A DNA stretch of 63,118 nt, the filler included, from Circinaria calcarea (Eukaryota), in NCBI GenBank assembly GCA_051942165.1. It is 7 parts of 7 records of this genome, joined end to end, with 100 filler letters (N's around TTAATTAATTAA, not from the genome) between each part and the next. Parts side by side here need not be neighbours in the genome. Positions count along the whole stretch, not along the records: positions 18,103 to 27,044 come from JAVECS010001018.1; positions 27,145 to 36,067 come from JAVECS010001019.1; positions 36,168 to 45,090 come from JAVECS010001020.1; 4 more parts are not named here. The stretch is one strand, 5' to 3'. The first letter of the stretch is position 1. Every line of letters starts with the position of its first letter. A program made the position numbers and the translations under genes. The notes under the pieces were generated by a model. It did not search any database, had not been told where the DNA came from, and saw nothing but the letters and a program-made list of their open reading frames with translations. Below, piece by piece: positions 25,277 through 38,927 of this stretch.

Positions 25277-27044
25277 ATGTCGGAGAGCCTAGAGGTACTT
25301 TTTCGATTATATTTCCCCCACATTATGCTCCACTCTCAACGTTCACCAGGATCGATTACGAAGCCACGCAAAGGTCTTTGACGGGCTGCTACAGCTCATC
25401 CCAGCAAAATACTACTATGGGGAAGACACAAGCGTCAGTCTCAATATTCCCCGTCCACTGCCTCGCCGAGTATTGGCTAAATATTTACCATGATAGGATC
25501 AATGGCAAAGGAAGAAGCAGACCAAAGAAGAAGCTAGGGCTGCCAAACTTGCGAAGCTCGACCCGGATAATGCCAAAAGCGCAAAGGATGTAATGGAGGA
25601 GAATGCTCGGAAAAGGAAGCGTGAGAAGGACAGAGAACTGTCCGAGGTCGACGGAATAGTTATAGAAAAACCAAAAGAAGGTCTCAGGGAGGTTAAAAGA
25701 AAGACAAAGAAGCAGAGGAGAGAGGAAAAGATCACTGGCGCGAGTAGTCTTTCGGTAACCACTGGACTTGTAGAGGAGCAACGGTCGAATACAGCCCCGG
25801 CAAAAAGGACGGATTCAAGTAAGCGAAAGGAGAAAAGAGATCGTAAAAAGGCAAAGGATGAGGTTAAAGCCAACAAATTTCAAGCAAAGAGAGGTCGAAA
25901 GGCACAGAAAACGGCGTTAGTTGAAGATGGCCCTACCGATATTGCGATGGCTGGGCAGAGTGATGGAGATGAAGGGAGTAAAGCAGGGCCCGAACGCGAT
26001 CTAGATCGGATCGATATCACCAACATAGAAGACCTAGTCCCTACACGATCGAGTGCACCATCTACCTCTACGCCTTCACCCGCCCCTCAATCACCGGTAT
26101 TCGACGCTTCAACGACACAGTCCGGTACGTCATCCATCTCCTCTATTACACAACCCACACCAACATCCAGCACCCATAAACCGGAATCCGATATCCCAGC
26201 CCAAGTCCCCCCAAATCCAAAAGCAGATCCTGAAGAACTCAAAGCCCGCCTTCAGCAACGAATCGAAGCGCTCCGTGCCGCACGGAAAGCCAACACCCTA
26301 GACGGGACCCCTGCCCGCAACCGGCAAGAACTCATGGAAGCGCGTCGCCGCAAAGAAGAGCAACGCAAAGCACACAAAAAGGAGCTTCGCCAGAGAGCCA
26401 GAGAAGAAGAAGTACGCCAGCGAGACCTCGCTCTCACCCGCGCTTCCCCGCTCGTATCGGGATCTCCCGCCACAGGCTCCAACGCCATGCCTTCTCCTTT
26501 ACGTGAGTCGACCACGGAACCCGCAACTAGTTTCTCCTTTGGCCGTGTCGCTTTCTCCGACGGAGCGCACGCGACACCCACGTTGTCATCTCTCCTCGAC
26601 CCCCAGAAGCGCAAAGGTCCCCAAGACCCGCTCACGGCCCTCCGCGCCACCGAAAGCCGCTCTTCCCGCCTCAGCACCCTCGATCCGGCCAAGCGCGCCG
26701 ACATTGAGGAAAAGGACGTCTGGTTGAACGCCAAGAAGCGAGCGCACGGCGAGCGGGTGCGGGACGACAGTTCGCTGCTGAAGAAGACGCTGAAGCGCAA
26801 GGAAAAGGCCAAGAAGAAGAGCGAGCGGGAATGGGGGGAGAGGACGGAGGGGGTGGTACGGAGCAAGGAGAACAAGCAGAAGAGGCGGGAAGAGAATCTG
26901 GCCAAGAGGAAGGAGGAGAAGGGGGTGAAGAAGGGGAAGGGTGGCGGGAAGGGGAAAGGGAAGGGAAAGGGAAACCCGAAGAAGGTTAGGGCGAGACCGG
27001 GATTCGAGGGCAGTTTTCGGGCAAAGGTTGGCGGTGGTGGCGGC
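25277..27044 (+). CDS. RRP14: Ribosome biogenesis protein Rrp14/SURF6, 3' end truncated at the gap
   Basis: DRLRSHAKVFDGLLQLIPAKYY..DQWQRKKQTKEE..AKLAKLDPD N-domain; GERVRDDSSLLKKTLKRKEK..W.ER and RPGFEG SURF6 motifs. Confidence 0.9.
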
Positions 27045-27144
27045 NNNNNNNNNNNNNNNNNNNNNNNNNNNNNNNNNNNNNNNNNNNNTTAATTAATTAA
27101 NNNNNNNNNNNNNNNNNNNNNNNNNNNNNNNNNNNNNNNNNNNN
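27045..27144. other. Artificial contig linker
   Basis: N44-TTAATTAATTAA-N44. Confidence 0.97.
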
Positions 27145-28038
27145 CCTCCCCCCCTCCCCTCTCAAGGAATTCGTCAATCAATCACAGATCGGGGAGGGAA
27201 AAAACTCCCGATTGATTTATTTCTCGTTTTCGTTCAGGGGATGGGTCAGATGTGTTTTTTGGGAATTCCCTCGATGTGGACTAGGGTGGCGAGTGCTGGG
27301 TGCTCGGACTCTTTTTTTGGGGGGAAGATTTGGGAGTAGGATAGGGGAGGAGAGGATAGGGAGGCGCGGGGTTAGGGAGTCAGTCAGTCAGGGGATAGGG
27401 ATTATGGGGGTTAGGGAGACAGGAGATGATGATCTATGGTGCACGATGCATGATGCATCACGTAGCCGTTGAAAGGGAGCAAGTACTGTAAACTTTGGAC
27501 GTGGATCGTGAGGAGTGGGTAGTTGTGGTGGTAGGTATCGATCTCACTATGTTCTTGGATTAGGAGGAGTGCTGGTGGTGGTTGTGGGTATAGATCTCCC
27601 ATGTCTTGGACACCCGCTAAATGGTTAGTATTGGAGGAATAGAGTATAGAAGCAGGCTAGGACTGTAATAATGTACGTGTTGATGACACAAAATCATGGA
27701 TATAGTAATCCGGAAGCGAAAATGTTTTCTGGAACGAGAGGTTCGAAATGTATAGAATTTCTAGAAATGTGCAACTCGGATCTTCCCACCCCCTTCAAAC
27801 TCACACTCCAAAGCGCCCTGTGCCAACCAATCCGGGCAACTCCCAATGCTTCAGCTGTATCTAACTAACCCCCCGACTCTTTTTGCAAACCAATGAAAAG
27901 GAGGGTGTGATGTCGTAGCGCTCAACATAAAAGTTCTTTTGAAAGGAAAGAAAATATATCATATACACAATAAATCTACAGTTTTATCTTTTATCCTTTA
28001 TCCTATATCCAACCACAGTCATCCGATTGTAGCGATTG

Positions 28039-30154
28039 TCAAGCCTCAGCAACTGTTCCTTCTCCCACCGCCACCTCTCTAGACTCTTCTTCTGGCTCTT
28101 TCGGTAACTTGATTGGTAAAGCGATTGCGAGGATGATGATTGCGAAGAGGATGTTGAGTGTGAAGGTGGTACGGAGAGCGGCGGAGTAAGCGGAGACGGC
28201 TTAGGCAAGTTGTTAGCATTTGTTGTATTGAATAAAGGGGGGGCACGTGGGGGAAGATAGTGAGGTTATGAACTTAGACTATAATTGAATGGAGTTCGTA
28301 CCTTGTGTTTTGTGAAGGGGGCTTAGTTCTTGGATTGCACGCACGGATTTTTGGACTTTGTGGATAATCTGTAGAGTTGCGTGATGGTTAGTTAGAATCT
28401 TTGATTATGGTAGGAAAGGACTTTGGCGTATATAGAATTGATCCTTACCTCTTCTTTGTGCGAGCCGGTAATTGTTTCCCAAAGGTGGGATGATAACCTG
28501 TTTTGCAACACTAGGGTACTGATTGCAACTCCCATTACCGAACCCAGCCTTCTCCAAAGCATCAAAGTACTCGTAACAACAGCATGCTCTTTAAGAGGAC
28601 TGACCCGGAGTATACAAAGATACGTAGCCGGAAACATGAACCCTTGACCTAAGAACGAGGGCATAAGGAAGATCAGAGCAAGCCAGCTCGGTATTCTCCG
28701 GCCCAGACGTGAAACGCAAATCGACCCAAGCAACATTGTAATCGCACCGAAAACGATGGCAGGCCTGATCCGGTATTTCGAGGTGATTATCAAACAGCTA
28801 AGGAAACCAGAAGCAGTAAGGGTCAGAAAGGGTAGAATGAGTCGCAGTCCTGCCACCGTGGGGGAATCGTGCTTGACAACTTCGAAGTAAAGAGGCGCGT
28901 TGAAAACAGTGGCTGCGATGACGACGCTGCCGAAGAAATTTGCGAAATTGATGTTTCCTCTTGGCCAGCTCAGCAGGAGCTTTGTGGGCATAACTGGGTA
29001 CTCCACTGTTTTCTCGATCTTGATGAAAATGCAAGCGCTGACAAAGGAGATGATCAGAGTAGCTATCATCGAAGGGTGAGACCACGGTAGTACAGTTCCA
29101 CCAAGGTTTAGGTAAAGGATCAGGCATGTAACCGAGAAGGCCAGGAGTAGCAGTCCAGCTAGATCAAAGGTCTTTGCCAATGCTCGTAAAGCGCCCTTGG
29201 AATGCTTTGCCAGCTGCGGCCCCAGGTTATTGGGTACCGTAAGGTAGGACACAGTACCACACAAGACGAATCCAGGAACTTGAATCCCGAAAGCCCAGCG
29301 CCATCCGACAAAGTCACATAGGAAACCTCCCATTGCAGCGCCGGAGGCTTGTCCAAGTCCAAAGGCAAGAATTAACATCGACTGCAGGGTCGCACGCATT
29401 TCGATTGGCACAAGATCATTGACGATAATTGGTCCCATCGCCATGACTCCACCCGCTCCAAAACCACAAAGCGTTCGCGCCGCTATGAAAGAAGCGATAC
29501 TAGGTGCCACAGCGCACCAGACGAGAGCAATAGCAAACACTATCGTTGTGACGAGCCAGACGGTCCTGCGGCCGATCGTATCAGACAAGGGCGCAAAAAG
29601 GGGCATGAGCGCCGTCGAAGAGATGAGGAAAGCGGTAGACAGCCATGCTGCGGAGTTTGAGGAGTTGAAATAAGATGTGATAACTGGATGGACCGATGCC
29701 ATAAGCGTTGAGTCGAAAGTAGCTATCTGTGATATATTAGTAAATGATACCGGTAGCTAATGGCTATTCACCAGTATCGAGACCAGAGTTCGAAATAAAC
29801 TGTGTTAGAGATCTTTGGCAACTCACAAATTCATTCCATAATATGCAACCGAAAATCAGCCAGAATCTCGTATTACTGACGCCGCCCAAGAATTTCCTCG
29901 TCGTCGGTCGATCGGAGTCATGCCTTGTTTGATTGTCTCCATTTTCGCTTCCAGAGGTCTCATCCTCCAAGAGACATTCAGTGACCGTGGAAATACTTCC
30001 TTTAAGAGTACCGTAACCTGACTGTACATATTGGCTGTCAATCTCTCTTTTAAAAAAATTAATTAGCAGGTGGCATAAACTCCTCTTGACAGAAAGCGTA
30101 CCCAGACCTGACCAATGACGTATTCACATCTACAGACGGTTGAGCATGGGACAT
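28039..30154 (-). CDS. MFS transporter, DHA2/Vba-like, about 5 exons
   Basis: FDSTLMASVHP..WLSTAFL, LSDTIGRR, ARTLCGFGAGG and GWRWAF motifs; spliced C-terminal exons end at TGA 28039; start inferred at ATG 30154. Confidence 0.85.
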
Positions 30155-31934
30155 GACTCCATTCAACTTCACTCACTGTAATCCAAACAGAAGAGTTAAA
30201 CGCACCAAACATCCAGATGTTTGAGGACGCGCAAGGCGATATATATCATGATATCACTCGCTGGCGAGCGGTAAGCTTTTTGCCATCCCGTGGTTGCCGT
30301 GGACATGGTCGAGGGGCGGGTATAGCAAATGGGTGGATCATGACTCGAAAGAGACTAAAATCCGATAAAGTAATTTGTATGATGTTGACACTTGCGATCT
30401 CAGTCAATGCCAGACCATCCATGCGGATTGCTTGGACCCGTCGATTTGCCGGGAGAGATTAGCGTGTAGATTAGCGAATGGTTAGCGCGCAGGTTAGCGT
30501 CAGTGGGAGAAATCGAGGGGGCGCCCTTGAAAGAGATGTCAGCCGTGCATATTGCATTAATTGATCGATGCTTGCTTGATCGTATAGTAGCGAGCCAGGG
30601 GCAAGCCCAGCCAATCGCCTTGCCGTGGATGCTTGAGGGATATATCGCCAGTCAGCCAAAGGAGATGCCAAGAAAGCTGGTGGTTGTTGCGCCATTTACC
30701 TGTTTCCCATGATTTTGCTCGAGATCTTTTCGATTTACTCTGTAACTCGCACGACTCGGCATGGACTCAAGGTAACCTCTCACCGCCTGTATGTAAGATG
30801 TACGGCTCAGCACTGATTGAAATTTGTCAACAGCACGACCTGGCGTAAAGTTGGTGTGAACAAGCTCCGAGAATGAAACGTCCAAGAACGAATTTGTAAG
30901 ATAAGCTTTTCAGCCAAGAGATTGGACAGCTCATACTACTTCTGCGGGCGAAGGACCCGTCCATTGTCAGCTCAGATCGACCCGGGATCCCGGTTCAATA
31001 CATGGCTTCCGATTGGCAGGGGGAGATTCCTGAATGGAGCAGAGATTCTTCGGTACATCGTGCAGAAAAGTACGGAAGCGACTTTTGCTGATAGGGACTC
31101 GAGGAATTGATGGAACGCGTACATTTCCGCCGCTGCAGCTACCGTCCTACCCTATTATGACAGGCCCGCCTAGCCACCCGATCCTAAGCGCAAAAGAATG
31201 GTAGATTGACGCTCTCCTTTTCCTCTCCTTTTTGCCCATCGTGTTCGCCGCCTAATGAAGCATCATCGTCAGTAATCTCCGTGCGCATATTCAGGGGCCC
31301 GATGCTGAAGGCGATAAATGCGCTACCGGCGGAAGCTAACCAATCGTATTGTTTCTGATTATGCTCCCTATGGTAGTAGTGGTAGGGTGAACATTGAGGT
31401 TACTTTGGTTGATGCTAGAGAGCTTGTGCTAACATTGCATTTACTAATCCAATACACACTGCTACTATCTGCAATACAGGTGGCGCTGTGTTCTATTCTA
31501 ATGTCCAGCATCTTCGTTTTGATGGAAAGTGTGGGTATGCTTCGTGTTTAACGGGGCCAGGCACTGAGACAATAAAGCGCCAGAGTTAATAAGAGAAAAA
31601 GGCTCGAAGCACCCTCACAATCTTTTTGCAGAATGCTCCACCAGCGTAAGAGTAAGTTGAGAATTTTCCCTCGCACTGCCTTGCATGGCGAAAATGCTAT
31701 TGACGGGCTTATCAGAGAGGGGTGCAGGATGCAGGCTGGTAGAGTACCCGCCCTCACCTTGTTAACCTACTTGACATTCAGCTTGCCACCTACATAATTT
31801 CCGTTGATTGATGCTCTTAGGGGACACTCATCCGAAAGCTCTGGTCTTGCTCAAGAGCTTGACTGTGTCTGCGATGTTGAACAGGCAGGATCCGTTACAT
31901 CCTCCAACTTCCATTGGCAGACACAGCTGTACCC

Positions 31935-32860
31935 GTGTTGTTCCAATGGAAAATACTAGTACTTGGGCTTTGCATGTATAACCTAGTCGTTTTATAGGCA
32001 TAGCTCTTACCCATGATTGACGATAACATGCGAGTCCTAGGACAGGTACCAGATCGATCTGGCCAGCCCGAAAGAGTTGGGATATGAAGATACTTACCCC
32101 ATCTACTTACCTGATCCTATAGCACTCATTTCCGCAGCTGACAGTGGAGTCGCGCTCTGCCCGCTACAATAATAACCTCCGTTGTGATTACAGGAAAGAA
32201 GCTATAGTCGCAAAGTTTGACGGCAAAAAGCGAGTTCACCAAAGCGAACTGGGATGGCTTGTTAGGTCATTGTATGGCCGTCGCCGATTGTACAAGCGCC
32301 GTATAAGCCCTTTGACACATTCGCCTTTTGTCGCTAACTTTGGTCAGGCTTTTGGCCCAGAGCTCATTCCTCCCTATCTAAATGCCAAAAGTTGATTCTG
32401 ACCAATCGGGCCGTGGACGCTTGGCATATTAGCGTTTCGGAAACCATTATAAGGGCTCAAATACGTGGTACTGGTGGGTTCAAGCATGTTCGTCTTGAAC
32501 GTTCGGCGAGATTATACGACGTTGACGATGCTGTGGGACCGTCTCTTCGAAGGGGACTTTCCGGGCAAGGGCAAAGACACTTCCAACCGGCATTATGCAT
32601 AGATTCTACAGCTTATGGCGGACAGGCCACTTGACCTGTCGGAATATCAGGTAAAGCAGGGTCGGGCTCCACTGTGTGGATTTCTAGGTGAGGAGGTTCC
32701 TGAATGGGATTTCCCTAAGGTGAACGATACTCGGAATATCAAGATGTGGCACCATGATCGAATACTCAGCGCTTATGGACGGAACAAAGAGCGTATCCTA
32801 CTACCACTTACCTATGCTATAGTATGTGGAGGGTGTTTTAAGGGCTATATAGGTTACTAA
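31935..32860 (+). pseudogene. Decayed P-loop sulfotransferase-like gene (Sulfotransfer_4-type)
   Basis: Fragments RVVPM/ILVLGL, ELGYEDTY, AKFDGK, FGPELI..NAK/VILTNRAVDAW and EYQVKQG.APLCGFLGEEVP..FPKVND in shifting frames with stops. Confidence 0.7.
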
Positions 32861-33836
32861 AGCACTATACTTGGAAACCGCTACGATGATACTGCGAGAT
32901 CGCCTGGAAAAAGTGGAATGGATTGAGCCCGTTGTTTCGAGGCAGTGATGGCATCACTCATCTATAGGAATTGCTTTCATGCTTGACTCTTTAAGCACCC
33001 CCTGGTGTTAGGCATATTCTTTCTTTGCCAAGTCTCTCGAACCAATCGAGTTATTATCTCAATCCTTCCAAAGAGTATACTGTGATGGGTCGTACAACCA
33101 TCGGTTAGTTGGCATCGCAGCAAGGGTTTGCATTTGATCTCAGGGCTGAAATCCATGTGAGGACCACGCTGGCGAGTTGTGGAAACGCGAATTGCAAACG
33201 GAAAATATGACCGTCACTATATCATCCGAGATGGTACTATCGGCCAGGACGTTTTAAAGTACACCGACTTGACAGTTGCATTTCCGTTGGCTAAATGTGT
33301 CATGCATATATCCAAGGAGTCGAAACTGTAGAGTCTAGGGGCAATGGGGGGGATACGGCTGGTGTGGAGGAATCGTTGCCGACGAGAGATGATTAGGGAC
33401 AAGGAGTGTCCCACACTCATAACCCGATACATTGAGTCTCTTGCACTACCTGAATATTAAAAACCTCGGCCACGTCATATCATCCAGGTGATGTAGTATT
33501 TCCATCGGAGAGGTTGGCTTCTTTTGGCAACACATAAAAATAGACAGTAAATGATAGACGGCAAATGTATTTGGATGCCCACACGTTTGTGTGGCCCAGG
33601 GGCGCAGTTTCGCGCTGGGCTTTTTCCATGTTTCTCGGCCTTGCACCCTTTCGACCACTTAAGGCAATCTCTAAACGCCGTCAATATTACCAGCCTTCCA
33701 TCCAGTACGAAGAAATGCGTAAATAGAGAGTTGAGCCTCATTTAATACCCATATTGTCTGACCTTATTGTCCCTTCTCACCTTTCTATCCACGAGGTGTT
33801 CTCCAAGATTCAAACCACGAAATTCCTGTCATTGCC

Positions 33837-35051
33837 ATGCCTCTCAAGTACCAACTCCTACCTTTCTCTCTGTGTTTCGCTCTTGTTTCCGCAGCGGAGA
33901 ATCCTACCAATCAAGAACCGATCCGAGGCTGGGTTGCCGCACCAGATGGACGGGGAACCGTCGACATTTTGTGGAGCTGTTTGTTCACAATCTTCATCTG
34001 CACTTGGACGGTGCTTCATCTCGATACTCCTGAACCTGATGAATCTCAATGGAGGCAACCTTTGAAAAAGGTAAAAGGGATGGTGATTGGCATTCTTGCG
34101 CCTGAAGCTGTGTTCGCTGTTGCCATATTCGAGTATCTCGATGCAAAAAAGGCAAGGGATGCATTGCAGCAACTAGGTATGAAGCAGTGTGACTCGACCC
34201 ATGGATTTTTCCTTTGTATGGGTGGCTTCAAGGTAATATCGCCGTCGGGTGAAACAATCCAGCTCAACCATAATCAAATCTCCCAAGTTGTTCGTCCCAA
34301 TCAGTACGAAACCCAAAGCTTGGGTTCGCCTAGCGATGGATCGGTGGCTAGCAGCAATCAACCAAGTTAGATGAATCAACTAAAGGGAATCACAGCAAGG
34401 GATATCGACGCGTTTACTAAATCGGACTCTCTAACAAAAGCCCTTGCCTGCATTCAATCCTTATGGCTCCTTACGCAAGTCTGTTCAAGACCCTTCCAGC
34501 ACTTGGCAATCAGCAATCTTGAGCTCATCGCTGTTGCTTACGTATTCTGTGGTTTGGCAACATATGTTGTATGGTGGCGGAAACCGTAAGGCTGTACGGG
34601 AACGATATCTTTTCAGTGCGAGACCGTAGAGGAATTCGATTACTTTAATGAATTCGGTGGAGAAGTGAAACTACTTCGGTCTATCAATCGACTAATCTGG
34701 CTAAATAGCATGCCGTTTTTGGTTGCTTTGGTATTTGGCGGCATACACTGCGTCGCATGGAACTTCCATTATCTCACCGATATTGAGCGCTTGTTGTGGA
34801 GGGTAAGCGCCTTGGTCACAATGGGTATTCCAGTCGTACTACTGCTATTCGAATTTTGGGTTGAAACCGACTGGGCAGCTAATTCCAGACTTGACAATCC
34901 AAAGTTCGCCCACTACGCCTTCTATGTTCTTCTGGGCATCTATGTTTTCGTTAGGATCTACATAATCTTCGAGGCCTTCTTCAGTTTGCGGGCTAATCCA
35001 GCTAGTCTATATGAAAGAGTCGAGTGGTCAAGCTATGTCCCTCATATATGA
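33837..35051 (+). pseudogene. Fungal membrane protein (PDGRGT..ILWSC family) interrupted by two in-frame stops
   Basis: One reading frame with TAG at 34368-34370 and TAA at 34587-34589; motifs THGFFLCMGGF, KSDSLTKALAC.Q, WWRKP and FGGIHCVAWNF. Confidence 0.7.
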
Positions 35052-36067
35052 ATTTTCTCTTCCAGCCTTCTACCGGTGTTGACCGATTCATGCCGCCCTC
35101 CAGTGTTCGCACAAAGCTCGCTTGGACCCTTCCAACCATCCTTACATACTAGCTCCCATCGGAAAAAGACAGGGCTCTCGACCGTTTGAATCAAGGATAA
35201 CCCGTTCGCGCCTATAGTGCTCAATACTCCATCAACGGAAAGATACGTCCGTTCCTAAACTGCCCCAAGTCAGAGACCATCCCGAATCACTCGAACCGGA
35301 AGGACTCAGACATGCAAGGATCGAAGTCTCCGGGTTGAATATTAAAGGAGCAATCTCTTGGAAACCCTCAATTGCCAAAGACATCACGGGTTCAAGGGGA
35401 TTGGTACATGAGAACCCCAGCGAGCCACCTGGACATGAAGAAAGCTACAAATTGACAAAAAGACCGGGTCGCCCTTCCCCCAATACCCTATCAGAACGAC
35501 GAAGCCCGAAGCTCAGACCTCGCTATCCCACAGAGATTCACTCCCGCCAGGTAGCGGATAACAGCAGGTCCAACGCCATCTTCGCCCGTTCCCATCCCTG
35601 GATTACCACCAACGGAGCACACATCCATTCATGCGGCTTCTTCAATACCAATCTCGAGCATGCAACATTTACGCGTCCACGCTGAACCGCATCAAGCTTT
35701 CCTATCATTCTAGTACGGCAAACGAAGCTGAACAACTCTTCGCTGAGCAACAAAATGGAGGGGAACAGGCACTTGACTTCTAGGCGGCGCTTTTTTCTTT
35801 TCTCTTCTACCTGTTACATAACCTTGAATGGGAGAATGGCCCTTGCAAGCAATCCAGAGCGAATCTTTTCGTCCTCTATGCTTTTCTCCTGTGAATCCCG
35901 TGGTAAATCGGTTCCTCTCTTGTGCCAGGTCCAGCTAAGGCTTCCTTAATGTAGAGAAAGTTCTGTAGGGAGATGGATTGCTACATACTGTATGCTGTAT
36001 GCATCACTTCCAATCCCAACTCGCTCTTTACTTTCCCTCCCCCCTCCCCCCCGCGGCAGCCTACCTA

Positions 36068-36167
36068 NNNNNNNNNNNNNNNNNNNNNNNNNNNNNNNNN
36101 NNNNNNNNNNNTTAATTAATTAANNNNNNNNNNNNNNNNNNNNNNNNNNNNNNNNNNNNNNNNNNNN
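36068..36167. other. Artificial contig linker
   Basis: N44-TTAATTAATTAA-N44. Confidence 0.97.
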
Positions 36168-36929
36168 AAGCAGTGAGCCACATGCATCTGACCCATATCA
36201 GGGTCATCGTCATGCGTGGGAGGCGAGGAAGTATCGTGAGTCATTGGGGAGTGGTAATATGCTTTGCGTATCATGGCCTAGTTAGGGGACGAGTTAGAGT
36301 GGTGAGAAGCGGAGAAGTTATACACACGACAGATTGAAAAGACTAAGATGTATCTTACGAGGCAATGGAGCTGGTGCATCGCGGACACTGCATAGGTGTC
36401 GATACCTTCTGGGTCGTTGTCGGGGCGGAAGCCGCGGGGAAGGCCATATTTGGCGTGATCTGGAACTTCGATGAAGCCTCGTGTACCTAACATAGCAGAT
36501 ATCAGTGATGTTCGCTCACCTCAGGCAGTGCCTGAGGACACAAGGTGGTCAGTATTTTGACTAACCATCTAGATAGATATCCCACGGCTCAGATCTTCCG
36601 TCTTCAGGTGGTGGTGCGGCGAACTCGGTAGAGCCATCGAAGGTAGTACTGACTACTGACACTGGGATGTCTTAACATCACTCTTGACGTTTAGCACTGA
36701 GCAACTCACAAGGAGGCTCAAGAGCAGACGTGTTCGTGTGCCTCGTCCATGAGTACAGAGTTCCAGCTTGTTTCGCAGATCGCAATGGTGCCAATGATAT
36801 CATGATTAAGATCAAAGCAATGACAGCAACGGCGCTTGTAAATAGCCACTTCATGGGAAGCTCTCGGTGAGATGGGTGATCCTCGGATCCTCTTCTCACG
36901 AATGAACGATGAGGCTGATACTCTTTCAT
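36168..36929 (-). CDS. UstYa-like (DUF3328) oxidase, 3' end truncated at the contig end
   Basis: N-terminal TM helix; GFIEV..YGLPRG; first HxxHC motif (MHQLHCL) and, after an intron, the second (MHVAHC) at the contig edge. Confidence 0.85.
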
Positions 36930-37291
36930 CTCGGGGAAATGGGTTTGATTAAATACGAGATGTAGGTCAGATTCATGTTAATTCAAAGCCGGATGCAGCC
37001 TCTCTACGTTTAGGGTAACTCCAAAGGCCCCATCAAGAGTTGCCATCCGCGTACATGGCGTCGTATGCATTTCAGCAAGGATACCATAATCTGCAACCGC
37101 CCATAGTCACGATGGTGGCTAACCAACCACAAGCCACCATCTTATCTTATCAGGTGAATATCCTGGGCTTTATAAACAATGGCACGAACCGTCCATGAGG
37201 ACCCAACGCCGTTGAAATCACCTAGTTGCATGAGATACACGCAGTTGAGAGGAATCAATGCCTTGTAGCTGAAGTGGGAATGTAGATTAGT

Positions 37292-38206
37292 TTACTTGTT
37301 CCCATTTACTCCGTTCACCCCCTTTCTCTTATGGTCTATATAGTCTACCAGATCCTCAATTGTACACACTTTGAGACCCCATCTCCGTCCGAATTTCAGA
37401 CATCCATCTCTCCTCATCATGCCGCCCTCCTTTCTTTCCGCCAATCCTTCTACCTCTTCCCCATCCTCGACCATTTCGCATATGACACCAGCAGGTTGCA
37501 TGCCTGCCAAACGACAGAAATCAATAGCAGCCTCCGTATGTCCTGTCCGTGTCTTGACTCCGCCATCCCGTGCTCGCAAGGGAAAGACGTGACCCGGCCT
37601 CCGGAAAGACGAGGCTTTGGACGACGGATTTGCCAATGCTCGACAGGTGAGAGCACGATCATGTGCGGAGATGCCTGTGGTGACAGACGAATGGGAAGAG
37701 TCGACGGAGACCGTGTATGCGGTACGGTGGGACTCGGTGTTGTCTTGGACCATTTGTGGAAGATTTAGTCGTTCGGTGACAGAGGAGGTGACCGGCGCAC
37801 ATATTAGCCCGCTGAGGATTATTAGCAATAGAAGGAGCTGAAGGTAGGATCCCGGCAGTTAAACCTCGTATATCGTATCATAAAGGCCATCTTCTCCGTA
37901 GTGACGGCTTCCGCCGCGATAATGAGATCGCCTTCATTCTCCCGGTTCTGCGAATCTAGCACAATTATAAACTCCCCTCTGCCTACACCATGAAAGCATT
38001 GTCAGCGTGATCATCTGGATTTGGATCCTCTGCTACAACGGCTTGTCACAGCCTGGTAAAGCCAGAAGATGGGGATGGTCCTTCTTTGGAATCTTGAAAA
38101 TTGCGCAAATGGAGGTGGAAAGGTAGGCTTCCGTGGACTTACGGAAAGCATCTATGGAATCGTCTATGGAATCGAATTGACCATCCGCATCCATCCGAGC
38201 AGGCAT
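37292..38206 (-). CDS. RIB3: 3,4-dihydroxy-2-butanone 4-phosphate synthase, 3 exons
   Basis: [55 protein letters not shown]. Confidence 0.95.
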
Positions 38207-38927
38207 GTGGGCGCTTTGCTTGCAGTCAGAGAGAATATGGGAGTCCACCGAAAATCACTGAGGTAGGAGTGAGAATCTTCGATCTCTTGCAGCGCTCTTC
38301 GAGAGATGTAGCTGTACTGGTATATTGACAATTCGCCTGTACACACTACCAGAGTGATGTGGGTTCTGCAATGTCGGATTATGCTCCGAAACTCGTTCTG
38401 TATGTAAGGGAGAAAGTTTCCGAGCCTATATCATGAGTACGAAGCAAAGACTCTATATTATAATGTACAAAAGTAAGAGTGATGACTGCTTGCTAATATT
38501 TACAAATGATGACTTTGATGGACTCGGGAAAATCCGTCATCTTACGGAATGACGCCGACTCGCAAGGATTAGGAGCCCTGTCACATGCATGCACCGGCTA
38601 GCCCTACCCTACACGGTAGCTTCAAACTTTTTCGCCTCGAGCGAACTCCGTACGACATGGCAAATTGGCTTTCACTCTCCACAGCAAATATAATTGACTG
38701 CCGGGGAACGGTTGTTATGAATATCCTCGATTATTCATTCTGTACACTGCTAAGTACAATAAGTCGACCACAAGAAAACAGAAACCAAAACGCAAAAGAA
38801 CTACCATCCCAACCCACGTTAACCGTTGATTTGCTCGAAAAACAGACAGAAAAAGGTTCACTATGCTCTTCCGCTCGCACCAAAGTAATTTACTACACCA
38901 ATCATACTTTCCAACCAGCTTCGATGC

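Noticed and set aside
37292..38400. Riboswitch near the riboflavin gene RIB3
   Set aside because: No FMN or TPP aptamer consensus seen; FMN riboswitches are not established in fungi.
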